A DNA stretch of 64,000 nucleotides from Terriglobia bacterium. GTDB taxonomy: Bacteria; Acidobacteriota; Terriglobia; 20CM-2-55-15. The position numbers and the translations under genes were made by a program. Below the pieces are notes generated by a model. The model saw nothing but the letters and a program-made list of their open reading frames with translations, did not search any database and was not told the origin of the DNA. Shown here piece by piece: positions 10,586 through 21,941 of this stretch. Each line of letters opens with the position of its first letter. Position 1 is the first letter of the stretch. The DNA is taken from NCBI GenBank assembly GCA_963664115.2, contig CAXWPJ010000009.1:224001-288000 (forward strand). The letters are read 5' to 3'.

Positions 10586-11728
10586 GTGAAGCAGACATTT
10601 GCCAACGTTATTGTCGCAGTTCTCTTCGTTGGGTTCACGCCTCACAATTTCCTGGCAGCGCCCGTTCAATCTCCGCCGGAAGAGACAGGGTCCACCTACG
10701 ACGACATCTGGAAATTCTCCCAGTGGTACGAGAACGAAGGTAACGCCGTAATCCAGAGTCTGCTTTTCAGCGGACGGTTCCAATACGAGTACGCGTCAGT
10801 CAGCGACGATACTGCGTCGCACTCGGAGTGGAATGTCCGCCGCTTCCGCCTGGGTATGAGGACGAGACTATTCGGCCAGTTCACGCTTCACACCGAAGCG
10901 GAGTTCAATCCGCAGGAAAGAGACCCGATTTATGTGAAGCTTACGGATTTTTATCTGGAGTGGAGCCGAAGTGATCGGGTAGCGCTGACCCTCGGCAAGC
11001 AAAGCGTCGGGTTCACGGTGGAGGGTTCGAGGTCATCAAAGGAACTCCTGACCATCGACCGCAGCAGCCTGGCCAACAACCTGTGGTTTACTCAGGAGTA
11101 CATGTCAGGCGTCAGCGTATCGGGTACACTCTCGCATTGGGTCTATCGCGCAGGTGGGTACTCCGCAGGTGAAGCCAACCGCGAATTCGGCAGATTCAAC
11201 GGAAGCTACTTTGGCCTGGCGGTCATCGGCTACGATTTTGCAGACTCGCTGGGAGTGAAGAAGGCTTTGCTGGCCGGCAACTACGTCTATCAGAATCCGG
11301 ACCCGCGCAACACCTCCACACGACAGTTTCAGCACGTGACGTCCGCCAATTTCGAATTTGAAGACGACAGATGGGGCATCCAAACGGATCTAAGTTCGGG
11401 AGCCGGCTACCTCGGACAGAGCGATCTATGGGGTGTGATGGCCATGCCGTTCGTCAACGTGACCCGCAAGTTTCAGGTCGTCGGCCGCCACGCCTACGTG
11501 AAAAGCGGGAACCCGAATGGAGTCAGGCTGGCACGATACGAAAACCAGATAACTTCCGGTCGGGGAGACGAATACCGCGAATCGTATCTGGGTGTTAATT
11601 ACTACTTCTACGGCCACAAGCTGAAGCTTCAGAGTGGCGTGCAGTTTGGAAAGATGAGCGACAGCGCCAACGACGGTGGAGCCTACTCGGGGGTTTCGGC
11701 GACAACAGGTCTTCGAGTAAGTTGGTAA
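10586..11728 (+). CDS. Phosphate-selective porin (OprO/OprP family)
   Basis: Signal peptide, 'RRFRLG' and 'SSKELLTIDRS' motifs, beta-barrel pattern, C-terminal aromatic residue; start uncertain (10559 or 10586). Confidence 0.75.
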   Translation: MKQTFANVIVAVLFVGFTPHNFLAAPVQSPPEETGSTYDDIWKFSQWYENEGNAVIQSLLFSGRFQYEYASVSDDTASHSEWNVRRFRLGMRTRLFGQFTLHTEAEFNPQERDPIYVKLTDFYLEWSRSDRVALTLGKQSVGFTVEGSRSSKELLTIDRSSLANNLWFTQEYMSGVSVSGTLSHWVYRAGGYSAGEANREFGRFNGSYFGLAVIGYDFADSLGVKKALLAGNYVYQNPDPRNTSTRQFQHVTSANFEFEDDRWGIQTDLSSGAGYLGQSDLWGVMAMPFVNVTRKFQVVGRHAYVKSGNPNGVRLARYENQITSGRGDEYRESYLGVNYYFYGHKLKLQSGVQFGKMSDSANDGGAYSGVSATTGLRVSW

Positions 11729-11824
11729 GGTCTCCCGGGATCTAGCAGCCCGAGGTGAATGTCGCTTATGGCTTCAGTACCGCGGGGCGGTGCTAAGAGC
11801 CGGCGAAAACTTCCGGAAGAGTGT

Positions 11825-12832
11825 CTACTCGACTGTTTGCAAAACCTTCTCTTCGCCCTGGATCGGGACAGATGCGATTCCGTCCTGTGGCGCACGCCAG
11901 TGATCGATCACCGACACTTTTTGAACACAGCCAATCGTACATCGCGGCGCACACGGTTTCTTCGTATAGAACTCCCGGCGGATATCTTCAGCCGTGTAGT
12001 CTGCGAGAGGGATTCCGGGATAGCCGCGCTGCTGTGAACAATAGTGAACCAATCCGTCCTCGCAGATATAGAGATACCGGGCACCGGCGCGGCAGTGCCA
12101 TTCGTTCGGTTTTCCGTTAGCGAGGTTTTCCTGGAACCAGTTCAGGCGCGTATAGCTCGTATTACCGTAACTGCGTATCTTTCGATACACACGCTCTTCC
12201 ATATTCTCGAGAGCCTTTACCTGCCCCGAGCCGTCATGAATAATCCCCAACGACGTCGAGAAACCAAGGTGTTGCGCTACGTCCGTGATGTGAAGCGCGT
12301 CTTCGGGAGTCTTGATGCCACCGCCGATTACGGAATTGATGTTCACATCAAATTCGGCATGCTCGGCCAGGTTTTCGAGCTTCGTTTTTAGAACTTTCAA
12401 GCTCTTCATCGACACTTCGTCCGGCTCAATGTTGTCGATACTGATCTGCAAATATTCCAGACCGGCATCGTTGAGCGCCCGGATCTTGTCTGGAACCAGC
12501 AGATAACCATTGGTAATCAGCCCGGCGATCATTTTCCGATCGCGAATCCTGGCGATGATCGTCTCGATCTCCGGATGCATCAGCGGTTCACCACCACTGA
12601 TCGTGATAATCGATGTCCCGAGTTCGGCTAATTTGTCGAGCCGTCGGCCCATCTCTTCGGTGGGGACGGGTGGTGAAAAATCGTCATATTCGTTGCAGTA
12701 CGCGCAGGCCAGATTGCACCGTCGTATTGGAATGATATGAGCCAGGAGAGGATGCCGGGTGGAGGCGAGCCCACGCACGATCATCTGAGTTTCACGCCAG
12801 CGTAGCCGGAGTCTATTCTTCTTATTTATCAT
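11825..12832 (-). CDS. Radical SAM protein with Cys-rich C-terminal (SPASM/twitch-like) region
   Basis: [17 protein letters not shown]; C-terminal CRAG...C...CAPRCTIGC. Confidence 0.9.
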   Translation of the reverse strand: MINKKNRLRLRWRETQMIVRGLASTRHPLLAHIIPIRRCNLACAYCNEYDDFSPPVPTEEMGRRLDKLAELGTSIITISGGEPLMHPEIETIIARIRDRKMIAGLITNGYLLVPDKIRALNDAGLEYLQISIDNIEPDEVSMKSLKVLKTKLENLAEHAEFDVNINSVIGGGIKTPEDALHITDVAQHLGFSTSLGIIHDGSGQVKALENMEERVYRKIRSYGNTSYTRLNWFQENLANGKPNEWHCRAGARYLYICEDGLVHYCSQQRGYPGIPLADYTAEDIRREFYTKKPCAPRCTIGCVQKVSVIDHWRAPQDGIASVPIQGEEKVLQTVE

Positions 12833-12939
12833 CAACAAAAACCAGGACAAATCATCCGCGAATAATCTGTAAGATAGCACAATCGAGATACTTAACCCGC
12901 AGCCCGAACAGAGCGCAAATAGCAGATAATGGAGATCTG

Positions 12940-14742
12940 ATGGAACTTCGTTTCCAATGGAAATTCACTCTGGGCGTCGAACCGGAGCGGTTATGGCAGT
13001 ATATCGCCGACACCGGGAGCCTGAACGAAGCCGCCGGACTGCCCGAATGGAAGCTCCAGTACATCCCCGAAGATGACGGCGGTTCGCGGCAGGTCGGGGA
13101 GACCCGATATATGGGCTGGCGCCTGAAGTGGGACGAGCACCCCTTCGAATGGATCGAAGGCCGGCGATTTGAAGTCCTGAGGGTCTACCACAACGGACCC
13201 GTACGCTGGTTCCGGTTGGCCGTGCGTCTTTCACCCGTCGACGGTGGGTCACTGTTGGAGCAAGACATCACGGTGGAACCGCGATGGTTACTGATGGCCC
13301 CCGGAATTTATTGGGACCTCGGGTACCGGTCACGCAATCGCTTCAAACGCGTCTATCAAAAAATTGATGCCTATCTGAGGGGGCAGGCCGAGACGCCATT
13401 CCGGCCATCACATTCCAACCCTATCCCCAGAGATCGCGTGGAGCGGCTCGAACGACGTTTGCAGACCGTTGACGGCTCGGAGTATTTGCCGCACTTACTG
13501 AATGCTTTGGAAACGCATTCCGATACAGAACTGCACCGTATGCGTGCTTTTGCCTTCGCAGACGAATGGGGCGCCGATCGCGTCCGTGTCCTGAAGCTGT
13601 TTCTGCACGCGGTTACCGCGGGGCTATTGGATGTGTCCTGGGATGTCATCTGTCCAAGTTGCAGAGGGGCGAAGGTGCGGACTTCGAAGCTGAGAGACCT
13701 CCGCAAGGAAGCACATTGTGACGCCTGTAACATACGGTACTCCGCTGATTTTGCCGAGTCCGTCGAGCTTACGTTTCTCCCCAGTCCGGGCATTCGCAAG
13801 GTCGAGGTGACGGATTATTGCAGCGGTGGCCCAATGAGGGCACCTCACGTCGTCGTGCAGCAGCAGATTCCCTCCGGAGACACCCGAGCCATAACGCTCG
13901 CACTCAAGCCGTGGCAGTACAGGCTTCGATCATTGAAGCTTCCAACTCATATGGAGCTCAAGGTCGGAAGCGAATTCGACGTGGCCGGTGTAACGGCAAT
14001 TCTGGAACCCGCGGGAATAGCACCGGAGGAGACATTTCAAGGCGAAGAATTTACATTGACGATCCAGAACAACACTGAAAACACGCACACCGTGATGCTC
14101 GAGAGAACCTCGGAATCAGAACAGGCAACGACCGCAGCTTTCGTCACTACAATGTCGGAGTTCCGTTCCCTGTTCGCGTCTGAAGTCCTCGCACCGGATA
14201 CGCAGGTTCGTACTGGAACCCTTTGCCTGATGTTCACCGATCTGAGGGGATCGACTTCGATGTATGAGGCAGTCGGCGATACCTCAGCCTATGCTCGCGT
14301 CCGTCAACACTTTGAAATACTGCGTGAAGTGGTCGGAGCCCACGGAGGGACATTTGTCAAAACCATCGGCGACGCGGTCATGGCTGCTTTCACAGATCCG
14401 TCCGGGGCACTGGGCGCAGCTTTTGAGATGCACGATCGAATGCGGCCGGAAAACGAACAGCACTCCCCGCCCCTGACTCTGAAGATCGGTCTCCACCAGG
14501 GCCCCTGCTTCGCGGTTAATATGAACGAGAACCTGGACTATTTCGGCACCACCGTCAACATTGCGGCGCGGGTTCAGAAAGCAAGTCTGGGAGGCGACAT
14601 CATGGTGACAGACGAGATCTATAACGACCATGCGACCACGGAATTGCTATCCGGGCGAGCGCACGTTCACGAACAACTTGAGATTGAAATTCGAGGACTC
14701 GCAGGAACCCGGCACGCTCACCGGATAACGCCGAGGTTCTGA
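12940..14742 (+). CDS. Class III adenylate/guanylate cyclase with N-terminal SRPBCC-like and Cys-rich (DUF5939-like) domains
   Basis: [31 protein letters not shown]; CPSC and CDAC pairs. Confidence 0.9.
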   Translation: MELRFQWKFTLGVEPERLWQYIADTGSLNEAAGLPEWKLQYIPEDDGGSRQVGETRYMGWRLKWDEHPFEWIEGRRFEVLRVYHNGPVRWFRLAVRLSPVDGGSLLEQDITVEPRWLLMAPGIYWDLGYRSRNRFKRVYQKIDAYLRGQAETPFRPSHSNPIPRDRVERLERRLQTVDGSEYLPHLLNALETHSDTELHRMRAFAFADEWGADRVRVLKLFLHAVTAGLLDVSWDVICPSCRGAKVRTSKLRDLRKEAHCDACNIRYSADFAESVELTFLPSPGIRKVEVTDYCSGGPMRAPHVVVQQQIPSGDTRAITLALKPWQYRLRSLKLPTHMELKVGSEFDVAGVTAILEPAGIAPEETFQGEEFTLTIQNNTENTHTVMLERTSESEQATTAAFVTTMSEFRSLFASEVLAPDTQVRTGTLCLMFTDLRGSTSMYEAVGDTSAYARVRQHFEILREVVGAHGGTFVKTIGDAVMAAFTDPSGALGAAFEMHDRMRPENEQHSPPLTLKIGLHQGPCFAVNMNENLDYFGTTVNIAARVQKASLGGDIMVTDEIYNDHATTELLSGRAHVHEQLEIEIRGLAGTRHAHRITPRF

Positions 14743-14761
14743 GCAAAAACGTGCCGACCCC

Positions 14762-16234
14762 TCATTCGTCTTCAATTAGATCGCCTTCGGTGTCGTAAAC
14801 GTCGACAGGCCCGTATTGCTCCATGACCTCGCGAATCTCGCTCGCATCCCCAACGACGACGATCTGAATGGTTTCAGGATTCAGATACTTCTCGGCCATA
14901 CTCTGAACCAATGCAGGGGTCACCGCCATGACTTGTTCCGGGTAGGTCTCCCAGTAGTCCGGTTCAAAACCATAGATCTCACGCGTCGTCGAATAGTTGA
15001 GGAGACTCGTGGGGCGTTCCAATGACAGAGCAAACCTGGCCACGATAGATCGTTTGACCTCTTCCAGTTCAGCCGCGGCCACCGGCTCATCCCTCATACG
15101 TCCCAGTTCATAAAGGAATTCGGTCATGCCTCCATCGGTGACTTCGGTGCGCACATCTGCCGATGCCCGCCAGGATCCGGGATACTTCAGTGCGGAAAAG
15201 AAACTGTAGGCACCATAGGTATAGCCTTTTTCCTCGCGGAGGTTCAGAAAAAGGCGGGCGGATGGACCGCCCCCGAGGACTGCATTCATGACCGTGAGTG
15301 GAATGTAGTCGGGATCGCGACGGTCCAGTGCCAGACCACCCATGTAAATAGTCGTCTGCGCAGAATCTGGGCGATCGACGAGATATATCTGCCCCACCGC
15401 CGGCGCTTCCGGATTTGGGGGTAATTGGGCAACGAAGTCGCTCCGTTCCCAGTCAGCGAGCCGGTCATTCAATAGGGAAACGATGTCGCTAGCATCGACG
15501 TCACCGGCAATACTGAGGATGGAATTCTGAGGGGCATACCGTTCCCGGTGCCATTGGGCGATAATTTCGGTCGACATCGCGTCGAGCGAAGCCTCTGTCG
15601 CCGACCGCGTCGCGGCGGGATGGTCGCCGAAAACCGCCGCACTGAATCGTTCGTTGGCCAGGAACCCTGATGACGTGCGTTGCTGGCGCAGTCCGGCTCT
15701 CTGCTCCTGACGGAGACGTTCGAACTCAGACTCGGGAAAGGTCGGGTTCAATAGAATGTCGCGCATGACCTCAAACCATTCTTCCATGTTGCGGCTCAAT
15801 CCTGAGGCGCTGACGCTGGCTGCCTCTGAACCGAAGGCCGACGAACTGTTTAGATTCGCCCCGAGTCGAGCGACTTGCTCGAGAATATCGCTATTGGATC
15901 GGTTCGTGGTCCCCTCACGCAACATCCTCGCGGTCATTGCGGCAACACCCGCAAGGTCCCTGGACTCATACAAAGGCCCCGCACCGCTGATGGTCAGTTG
16001 CATTGTCACGATCGGCGAGCGGTCATCCTCCAGAACCAATACCCTCAAACCGTTGTCTAAGGTAGTTTGGACGGCGCGCGGGAGCGTCACCTGAAGTACT
16101 TCATCGGAAACCGGTGCCAGGTTCTTACGGACCACGGAGGAGGTGTCAGGCGCAGCGATGTCCTGAGCAATTGTGGCCGTCGGGCAAACGACAATAGCTA
16201 AGACAAGACACACACTGCCCCTCAGGCACATCAC
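14762..16234 (-). CDS. M16 family peptidase, non-catalytic subunit
   Basis: M16 fold motifs (LDNGLRV, RLFLNLREEKGYTY); no HxxEH. Confidence 0.9.
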   Translation of the reverse strand: MMCLRGSVCLVLAIVVCPTATIAQDIAAPDTSSVVRKNLAPVSDEVLQVTLPRAVQTTLDNGLRVLVLEDDRSPIVTMQLTISGAGPLYESRDLAGVAAMTARMLREGTTNRSNSDILEQVARLGANLNSSSAFGSEAASVSASGLSRNMEEWFEVMRDILLNPTFPESEFERLRQEQRAGLRQQRTSSGFLANERFSAAVFGDHPAATRSATEASLDAMSTEIIAQWHRERYAPQNSILSIAGDVDASDIVSLLNDRLADWERSDFVAQLPPNPEAPAVGQIYLVDRPDSAQTTIYMGGLALDRRDPDYIPLTVMNAVLGGGPSARLFLNLREEKGYTYGAYSFFSALKYPGSWRASADVRTEVTDGGMTEFLYELGRMRDEPVAAAELEEVKRSIVARFALSLERPTSLLNYSTTREIYGFEPDYWETYPEQVMAVTPALVQSMAEKYLNPETIQIVVVGDASEIREVMEQYGPVDVYDTEGDLIEDE

Positions 16235-17586
16235 TGAACACCCCCTCCAGAAGGGCGGCCGGTCCGCGCTTGAGGTAGCGTTGTCACCACCGTCCGGTTG
16301 GTCTCTTTCAGGTAGATTTCCGCAGATGACCGGACCTCCTCCTTCGTAACCCCGTCAAACCGTTCCTGAAAAGTATTGATCAACCCCGGATCGTTATAAA
16401 ACACAGTGTTTTGGGCCAGCGCGTTGGCGCGGGCGCGCGTGCTCTGCAGCCGTTGTGCATTCTGCCGTTCGATTTGAGCCCGAACTTTCTCCATCTCCCA
16501 ATCTTCGACAAGTTCGGATTTCAGTTTTTCAATTTCCTCATAGATCACCGCCTCGAGGGCTTCAAGCTCAATGCCGGGTCTGGGAGTTGCGGTAATCGAA
16601 AACAAAGAAGGTCCGCGTCGTTCACCCAGTCTTGCACGGACGTTGAGGGCCACCTGTTCCTCCTGGACCAACCTCTTGTACAGACGTCCGGACTGTCCGC
16701 CGCCTAGGATGTCTCCCAGCACGGAGAGAATGTACCAGTCGCCGGTGTTGCCTGCGGGTGCCTTGAAGGCCAGGTCCAGTCTCGGCAACCTGGCAAACTT
16801 GTCCTGAAGCGTGACACGCTTCTCTGCTGTTTGCTGGGGCTCGGAAATGAGTAGCTCCAGTGGGGCGGGCTGCGACGGGATATCCCCAAAGTATTCTTCG
16901 ATTCTGGCCAGGGCTTCTTCAGTGTCGAAATCTCCAACCAGGGCCAGTACGGCGTTGTTGGGCGCGTAGTACTGCCTGAAAAAATCCTCGACATCGAATA
17001 GCGTCGCCGCGTCGAGATCCTCCATAGAACCAATCGTGGAATGACTGTACGCAAACGACTCGTAAGCCGTTTCGTTCAGAGTCAAAAATGTCCGGCCGTA
17101 GGGCGCGTTGTCATAGCCGCGCCGGCGTTCTTCCTTTACGGTCTGCCGCTGATTCTCGAGGGTCGCTTCGGAGATGTCCAGGGATCGCATCCGGTCAGCT
17201 TCCAGGAACAAGCCGAGGTCAAGCTGATTCGCGGGCAGCGTTTCGAAATAGTTGGTCCGATCGACACTGGTCGTGCCGTTCATGCTACCGCCGTTGTTCT
17301 GGATCAAAATGAAATGTTCGCCCTTCCCGACGTTCTCCGAACCCTGGAACATCATGTGTTCGAACAAGTGAGCGAAACCGGTCTTACCCGGTCGTTCGTT
17401 GCGCGAACCCACGTCGTAAACCACACAGATGGAATAGGTCGGTGCGGAATGATCCTCGGAGAGAATGATCCGGAGCCCGTTGTCCAGACGAAACACCTCG
17501 AAAGGGACTTCGAACGATTGGGCCTCTACATCCGGACTTACGCAGATAAACAACGCGAACGCGCAGAGAAGGACTCTCTTCAACAT
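16231..17586 (-). CDS. M16 family zinc peptidase, catalytic subunit
   Basis: HLFEH inverted zincin motif; signal peptide; coupled to partner gene by a 4-bp overlap. Confidence 0.93.
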   Translation of the reverse strand: MLKRVLLCAFALFICVSPDVEAQSFEVPFEVFRLDNGLRIILSEDHSAPTYSICVVYDVGSRNERPGKTGFAHLFEHMMFQGSENVGKGEHFILIQNNGGSMNGTTSVDRTNYFETLPANQLDLGLFLEADRMRSLDISEATLENQRQTVKEERRRGYDNAPYGRTFLTLNETAYESFAYSHSTIGSMEDLDAATLFDVEDFFRQYYAPNNAVLALVGDFDTEEALARIEEYFGDIPSQPAPLELLISEPQQTAEKRVTLQDKFARLPRLDLAFKAPAGNTGDWYILSVLGDILGGGQSGRLYKRLVQEEQVALNVRARLGERRGPSLFSITATPRPGIELEALEAVIYEEIEKLKSELVEDWEMEKVRAQIERQNAQRLQSTRARANALAQNTVFYNDPGLINTFQERFDGVTKEEVRSSAEIYLKETNRTVVTTLPQARTGRPSGGGVQ

Positions 17587-17622
17587 GCTTTCACCTCAAA
17601 ATGACAGGAAATGCCAGCCAGT

Positions 17623-18489
17623 TTATGCGACCTGCTTCATCCATGCCACACATTCCGCCAGTTTCGTCGACATGATGTCGGCCCGAAAATGGGCCGGCCG
17701 CCCGTGCCCGGGCAGCACCCACTCGAAGCGGTAACCGGTGAGTTCGGCCATCGACTTGATGGTTTCAGGCCAGGAGTACCAGTTTTGTTCGCGGAATGCT
17801 ACCAACTGTTCGTATCGGGGTGACCAGGCCAGATGATCTCCGGTGAACAGGAACTGGTCTTTGTAGTGCAGCACGACATGACCGCGGGTATGGCCCGGCG
17901 TAGGAACAGCCGTAAGGTCCTCGCCCAATGCAACCGGCGCCCTCCCTTCCAGAACGCGTTCAGCAGGCACCACGCGCCCCTCATTGCGGTGAATGACGCG
18001 ATCACAGCCGAAATAATCGTGGAACTTGTCATGATCGGCGACATCGTCCCGGTGGGTGAGAAACATCATGGAGATCCCTCCTAATTCGTTGATTCCTTGG
18101 GCCAGGGATGATGTGAATCGAGGTGAATCGATCAGGACGTTTCCCTCCGGACGTACGATCAAATAGCTCGAAGCGCCGTAAGAGTGTCTGGATGCGAAGC
18201 CACAGAAGTAGACGCCATCTTCAATTTCTTTGGGAAAGGAGCGAATCGCGGCCTTGAGATCAGTCGTTTCGCGAGTGCCAATCGAGCCCGTCGGGCAGGC
18301 AACGAGAGCCATCTGAGCCTGAAGTGTTTGCGCGCCGCACTCAGGTTGTAAAGAAACAACGGACTGACCTGCTTGGGCAACGAACGTGTCCGGAGCGATT
18401 TGACGGCAGAGGTCGCAGTCGATACACGTATCGTCGACGAAGAAGTTTCCTCCTACGTTGCCGTCCAGTGCTCTGTTAACGTCAGCCAT
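17623..18489 (-). CDS. Ferredoxin-MBL-fold hydrolase fusion
   Basis: N-terminal CIDCDLC...CPTGSI ferredoxin motif; THRDDVADH, TPGHT, TGDH, PGHG. Confidence 0.88.
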   Translation of the reverse strand: MADVNRALDGNVGGNFFVDDTCIDCDLCRQIAPDTFVAQAGQSVVSLQPECGAQTLQAQMALVACPTGSIGTRETTDLKAAIRSFPKEIEDGVYFCGFASRHSYGASSYLIVRPEGNVLIDSPRFTSSLAQGINELGGISMMFLTHRDDVADHDKFHDYFGCDRVIHRNEGRVVPAERVLEGRAPVALGEDLTAVPTPGHTRGHVVLHYKDQFLFTGDHLAWSPRYEQLVAFREQNWYSWPETIKSMAELTGYRFEWVLPGHGRPAHFRADIMSTKLAECVAWMKQVA

Positions 18490-19717
18490 GCTCGGGACTC
18501 TCACCTAATTTCGCGAAATCCGTGCCGGACGGCGCTTGGAAAACACTCAATCCAAACTCATGGACGATGGAGAATATGTGGTCGAAGATATCGGATTGGA
18601 TCCCTTCATATTCCACCCAATCTGTTACGTTCGTGAACACGTACAATTCGATCGGGAGTCCTTCAGAGGTGGGAGCGAGTTGCCGCACGATCAGCGTCAT
18701 ATCTTTATGAATTTTTGGATGCTGCTTCAAATAGGCGACCAGATAAGCACGCAGCGTGCCCACATTGGTCAACCTGCGTGAATTCACGATCAGGCTCGGA
18801 TCGCCGGCAAATAACCTATTGAAATCAGTCATTTCCCGCCGCTTCTCACGGACATAGTCTCGCAAGACCGCAAAGTTTTCGAGTCTGTCAAGGTCTTCCT
18901 CCTTCAGAAAACGGATCGAATTCGCGTCGATGTAGAACGACCGCTTGATGCGGCGGCCGCCCGACTCCTGCATACCGCGCCAGTTCTTGAAGGCCTGCTC
19001 GATCAGCTTGTGGGTGGGTACGGCCGTAATTGTCTTGTCGAAGTTCTGAATCTTGACCGTATGAAGGCTCAACTCGATTACGTCGCCGTCCGCCCCGTAC
19101 TGGGGCATTTCGATCCAGTCTCCGACGCGGACCATGTCGTAGCTGGCCATCTGGAGGCTGGCAACGAAAGAGAGAATCGTGTCCTTGAAAACCAGCAACA
19201 GGACGGCGGTAATCGCACCGATCCCGCTCAACAAAAGCAGTGGGGATTGTCCGGTCAGTGTTGCGATGAAAAGGACGATTCCGATGACGTAGATGGCAAT
19301 CTTGGTAACCTGAACATAGGCTTCGATCGGCCGGTCCCGGGCGATCGAACTCGTTGCATAGGTTTTTCCAGCAGCGGAGAGGAACGCGGCGAGAGACGAA
19401 ACGCCGATAAGCACCATGGCCGCTCCGGCTGCCCGTTGAACCAGTATGTCTACAGCAGCGGGTACGTCGGGTACGAACTGGATCCCGAAATAGATGGTCA
19501 ACGCTGGCGCCAGATGTGCCACCCGACCAAATACATTGAACTCGAGCAGTACGTCGTCGAACTGGGAGGAAGTGCTGCGGGCTACACGCGTGATCGTGGA
19601 CAGAATAACGCTCTTGCTGATACGGTCCACGAGGTAAGCAAGCAGTAGCACCGCCAGCAAACCGATAGCCGTAGCGACGATCGGATATTGGTTCAGAAAT
19701 TCCAGCGCGCTCGACAT
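18482..19717 (-). CDS. Mechanosensitive channel, MscS family (YbdG/MscM-like)
   Basis: FKDTILSFVAS, GDWIEMP, NWRGMQESGGRRIKRS, YEGIQSDIFDH. Confidence 0.92.
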   Translation of the reverse strand: MSSALEFLNQYPIVATAIGLLAVLLLAYLVDRISKSVILSTITRVARSTSSQFDDVLLEFNVFGRVAHLAPALTIYFGIQFVPDVPAAVDILVQRAAGAAMVLIGVSSLAAFLSAAGKTYATSSIARDRPIEAYVQVTKIAIYVIGIVLFIATLTGQSPLLLLSGIGAITAVLLLVFKDTILSFVASLQMASYDMVRVGDWIEMPQYGADGDVIELSLHTVKIQNFDKTITAVPTHKLIEQAFKNWRGMQESGGRRIKRSFYIDANSIRFLKEEDLDRLENFAVLRDYVREKRREMTDFNRLFAGDPSLIVNSRRLTNVGTLRAYLVAYLKQHPKIHKDMTLIVRQLAPTSEGLPIELYVFTNVTDWVEYEGIQSDIFDHIFSIVHEFGLSVFQAPSGTDFAKLGESPEHG

Positions 19718-20010
19718 GCCGTCATCTTACACGGATTTCGTCCGAGAGACGCAATGACGCGAAACTTCCAATTTTCCTTAACTCTACCGCCCTCTGCACC
19801 TTGGCGTCTCTGCATACGATTTTCCGCGTGACCGTCAGGACGGGGCTCAATTGGCGTTTCGGGGAACCGGCCCTCGGATCGTGAACGTAGAACCGGAAAT
19901 GACTTTGCTCCCTACGGTTACGGTGTGTCGGGGGAAGTCTCGTGAGGACGGGATGACAGCGACGGAGAGTCAGGGAACTACGAATCGATTGATCTTGTAG
20001 ATGCTGGTCT

Positions 20011-21792
20011 TCAGCGAGCGCTTGCCGATCGATCCTGGGGGTTTTTCTTGAGTTGCGATTTCAGACGGTACATGCGTCGGTCGGCAACGGCAGTAACGTC
20101 GCTTAATGTGCATCCATCTTCGGGGGCCGTCGCGATACCCCAGCTCACACCAAAACCCAATTCGCGATAGGGCTCGAACTCGGAATCTTCCTTGACGAGT
20201 CGCTGCAGCTCCCGCACGGCACGACGGACTTCAAATGCTGATCCCTCGCTTGCGACAAGAAATTCGTCGCCGCCGAGTCTGCAGGTAATATCGGTTGATG
20301 GAAATACGGACTTCAAGTGAGACGCCAGACGCACCAGTACATCGTCCCCAGCCCGGTGTCCAAACCTGTCGTTAACAGCTTTGAAGGAATCCAGGTCGAA
20401 CAGGACGATCGAAAACGATTCTCCCGGGTAGTCCTTGAACGCTCGCTCCAGAGCACGCCGATTGGCCAGGCCCGTCAATCGGTCAGAAATCGCGTCCTGG
20501 TATGCGACTTCGATCATACGGGTCTTGTGGAGGCCTCCAGCAATACGTTCGGCAGTCGCTGTCACACGCCGAACATCGTCGTCACCGAACACCGCCTCGC
20601 GGTACACCGACAAAACAGCCAGAACAGAGCCATCAAACACAACAGGGGCTGAGACGACACGCGCCCCTTCGTATCGTCCGGCATCCACGATGAGGTTCAC
20701 GCAGGGGCTCTGCTCGGCCGCAACCCATCCGGACACACCTGCGCCGAACTGGAGAACAGTGACTTCTTCTTCGTTCTCAAAATGTGAAACCAATTGATCT
20801 CCGTATACAGACCATAAGACAGCCTTCGAGGACGGAATGAGATTCTCGAGCATCCGGGTTGCCTCCAATGCGATCTCCTGCACAGAGGACGAACCGCTGA
20901 TCGCTTCGGAGAGGGTACCCAGGACGTGGACTTCCGATGCCGCTCTCTCGATGTCGGAATACGCGTTTGGCCTGTAGTCTGGGTTGTCCTCACGTGAGAC
21001 CTCGCCGGTGACGTTCAGATGGATCCGTTTCCAGTGAGCCACGATGTCCGGATCAAAGATGCTGCCTGCCCCATTCTCCAGCATGGCCATCGCCTGATCG
21101 GCAGTCACCGCAAAGTTGCCATGACGGGACATGAAGCTTTCATAAGAATCCACGATTGCTACCAACCGGGCGGCAACGGGAATCGACTCTCGTCGCAGCC
21201 CTGCGGGATAACCGGAACCGTCATAGCGTTCATGATGGCATCGAACGGCTTCAGACACGGGGTAGGGAAACTTGATGTTGGAAATGATGTCCGCCCCCAC
21301 TTGGGGATGAAGACGCATCTTCGCCATCTCTTCAGGCGTCAGGGATCCCTTTTTCCTCAGGATATAGTCGGGAACGGCCAGTTTCCCGATGTCGTGTAAC
21401 AGAGCCGCAGCAGCTATCCCGTCGACTTCGTCGTCATCCATTTTCATCGCCCGGGCCAAGGCCCTGGCGTATGCCTGCACTCTAATCGCATGTCCCTGGT
21501 GCTGATCTTTCGCATCGATCGCGAGTACAAACGTCCGCAGCGTCGACTCGTTTAGCTGGGCCATGTTTTCGGCATGACGCGTCTTGCTTTCAAGTTGTTC
21601 GGTGTAGGCGCGATGCGCGCGAACGTTCAAGTAGAGCAGTGGAAACAGGGGCACCACTGCGCCCAGCGCTGCATATCCCAGCCTGGCATCGTAAACGAGT
21701 GCGCCAACTCCCACGGGGAGTCCCATAGCCACACAAAGCAGGACTACGGCGCGGACCAGGGACAGTTTGGATTGTGCGGGGTCTTTTCTCAA
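20011..21792 (-). CDS. Membrane-anchored HD-GYP / GAF / GGDEF protein
   Basis: 2 TM; LLHDIGK, HHERYDGSGYP; C-terminal DRLTGLANRR, RLGGDEF. Confidence 0.92.
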   Translation of the reverse strand: MRKDPAQSKLSLVRAVVLLCVAMGLPVGVGALVYDARLGYAALGAVVPLFPLLYLNVRAHRAYTEQLESKTRHAENMAQLNESTLRTFVLAIDAKDQHQGHAIRVQAYARALARAMKMDDDEVDGIAAAALLHDIGKLAVPDYILRKKGSLTPEEMAKMRLHPQVGADIISNIKFPYPVSEAVRCHHERYDGSGYPAGLRRESIPVAARLVAIVDSYESFMSRHGNFAVTADQAMAMLENGAGSIFDPDIVAHWKRIHLNVTGEVSREDNPDYRPNAYSDIERAASEVHVLGTLSEAISGSSSVQEIALEATRMLENLIPSSKAVLWSVYGDQLVSHFENEEEVTVLQFGAGVSGWVAAEQSPCVNLIVDAGRYEGARVVSAPVVFDGSVLAVLSVYREAVFGDDDVRRVTATAERIAGGLHKTRMIEVAYQDAISDRLTGLANRRALERAFKDYPGESFSIVLFDLDSFKAVNDRFGHRAGDDVLVRLASHLKSVFPSTDITCRLGGDEFLVASEGSAFEVRRAVRELQRLVKEDSEFEPYRELGFGVSWGIATAPEDGCTLSDVTAVADRRMYRLKSQLKKNPQDRSASAR

Positions 21793-21941
21793 GGCCGACT
21801 AGTCTCCCATCCTCTAACTCATCGGCCGGATACGGTCCTCCCTACACCGCACAAAAGAATTCTCAAGTTTTTCCTGTTCTTGCCGATGAGAGCTAGTGAA
21901 GGCGGAAAAACCGATCCACAACCCGATCACTGGAGTTGCGA

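Noticed and set aside
19720-20010. 290-bp intergenic region as an ncRNA or small ORF
   Set aside because: No convincing stems, known motif or RBS-supported ORF
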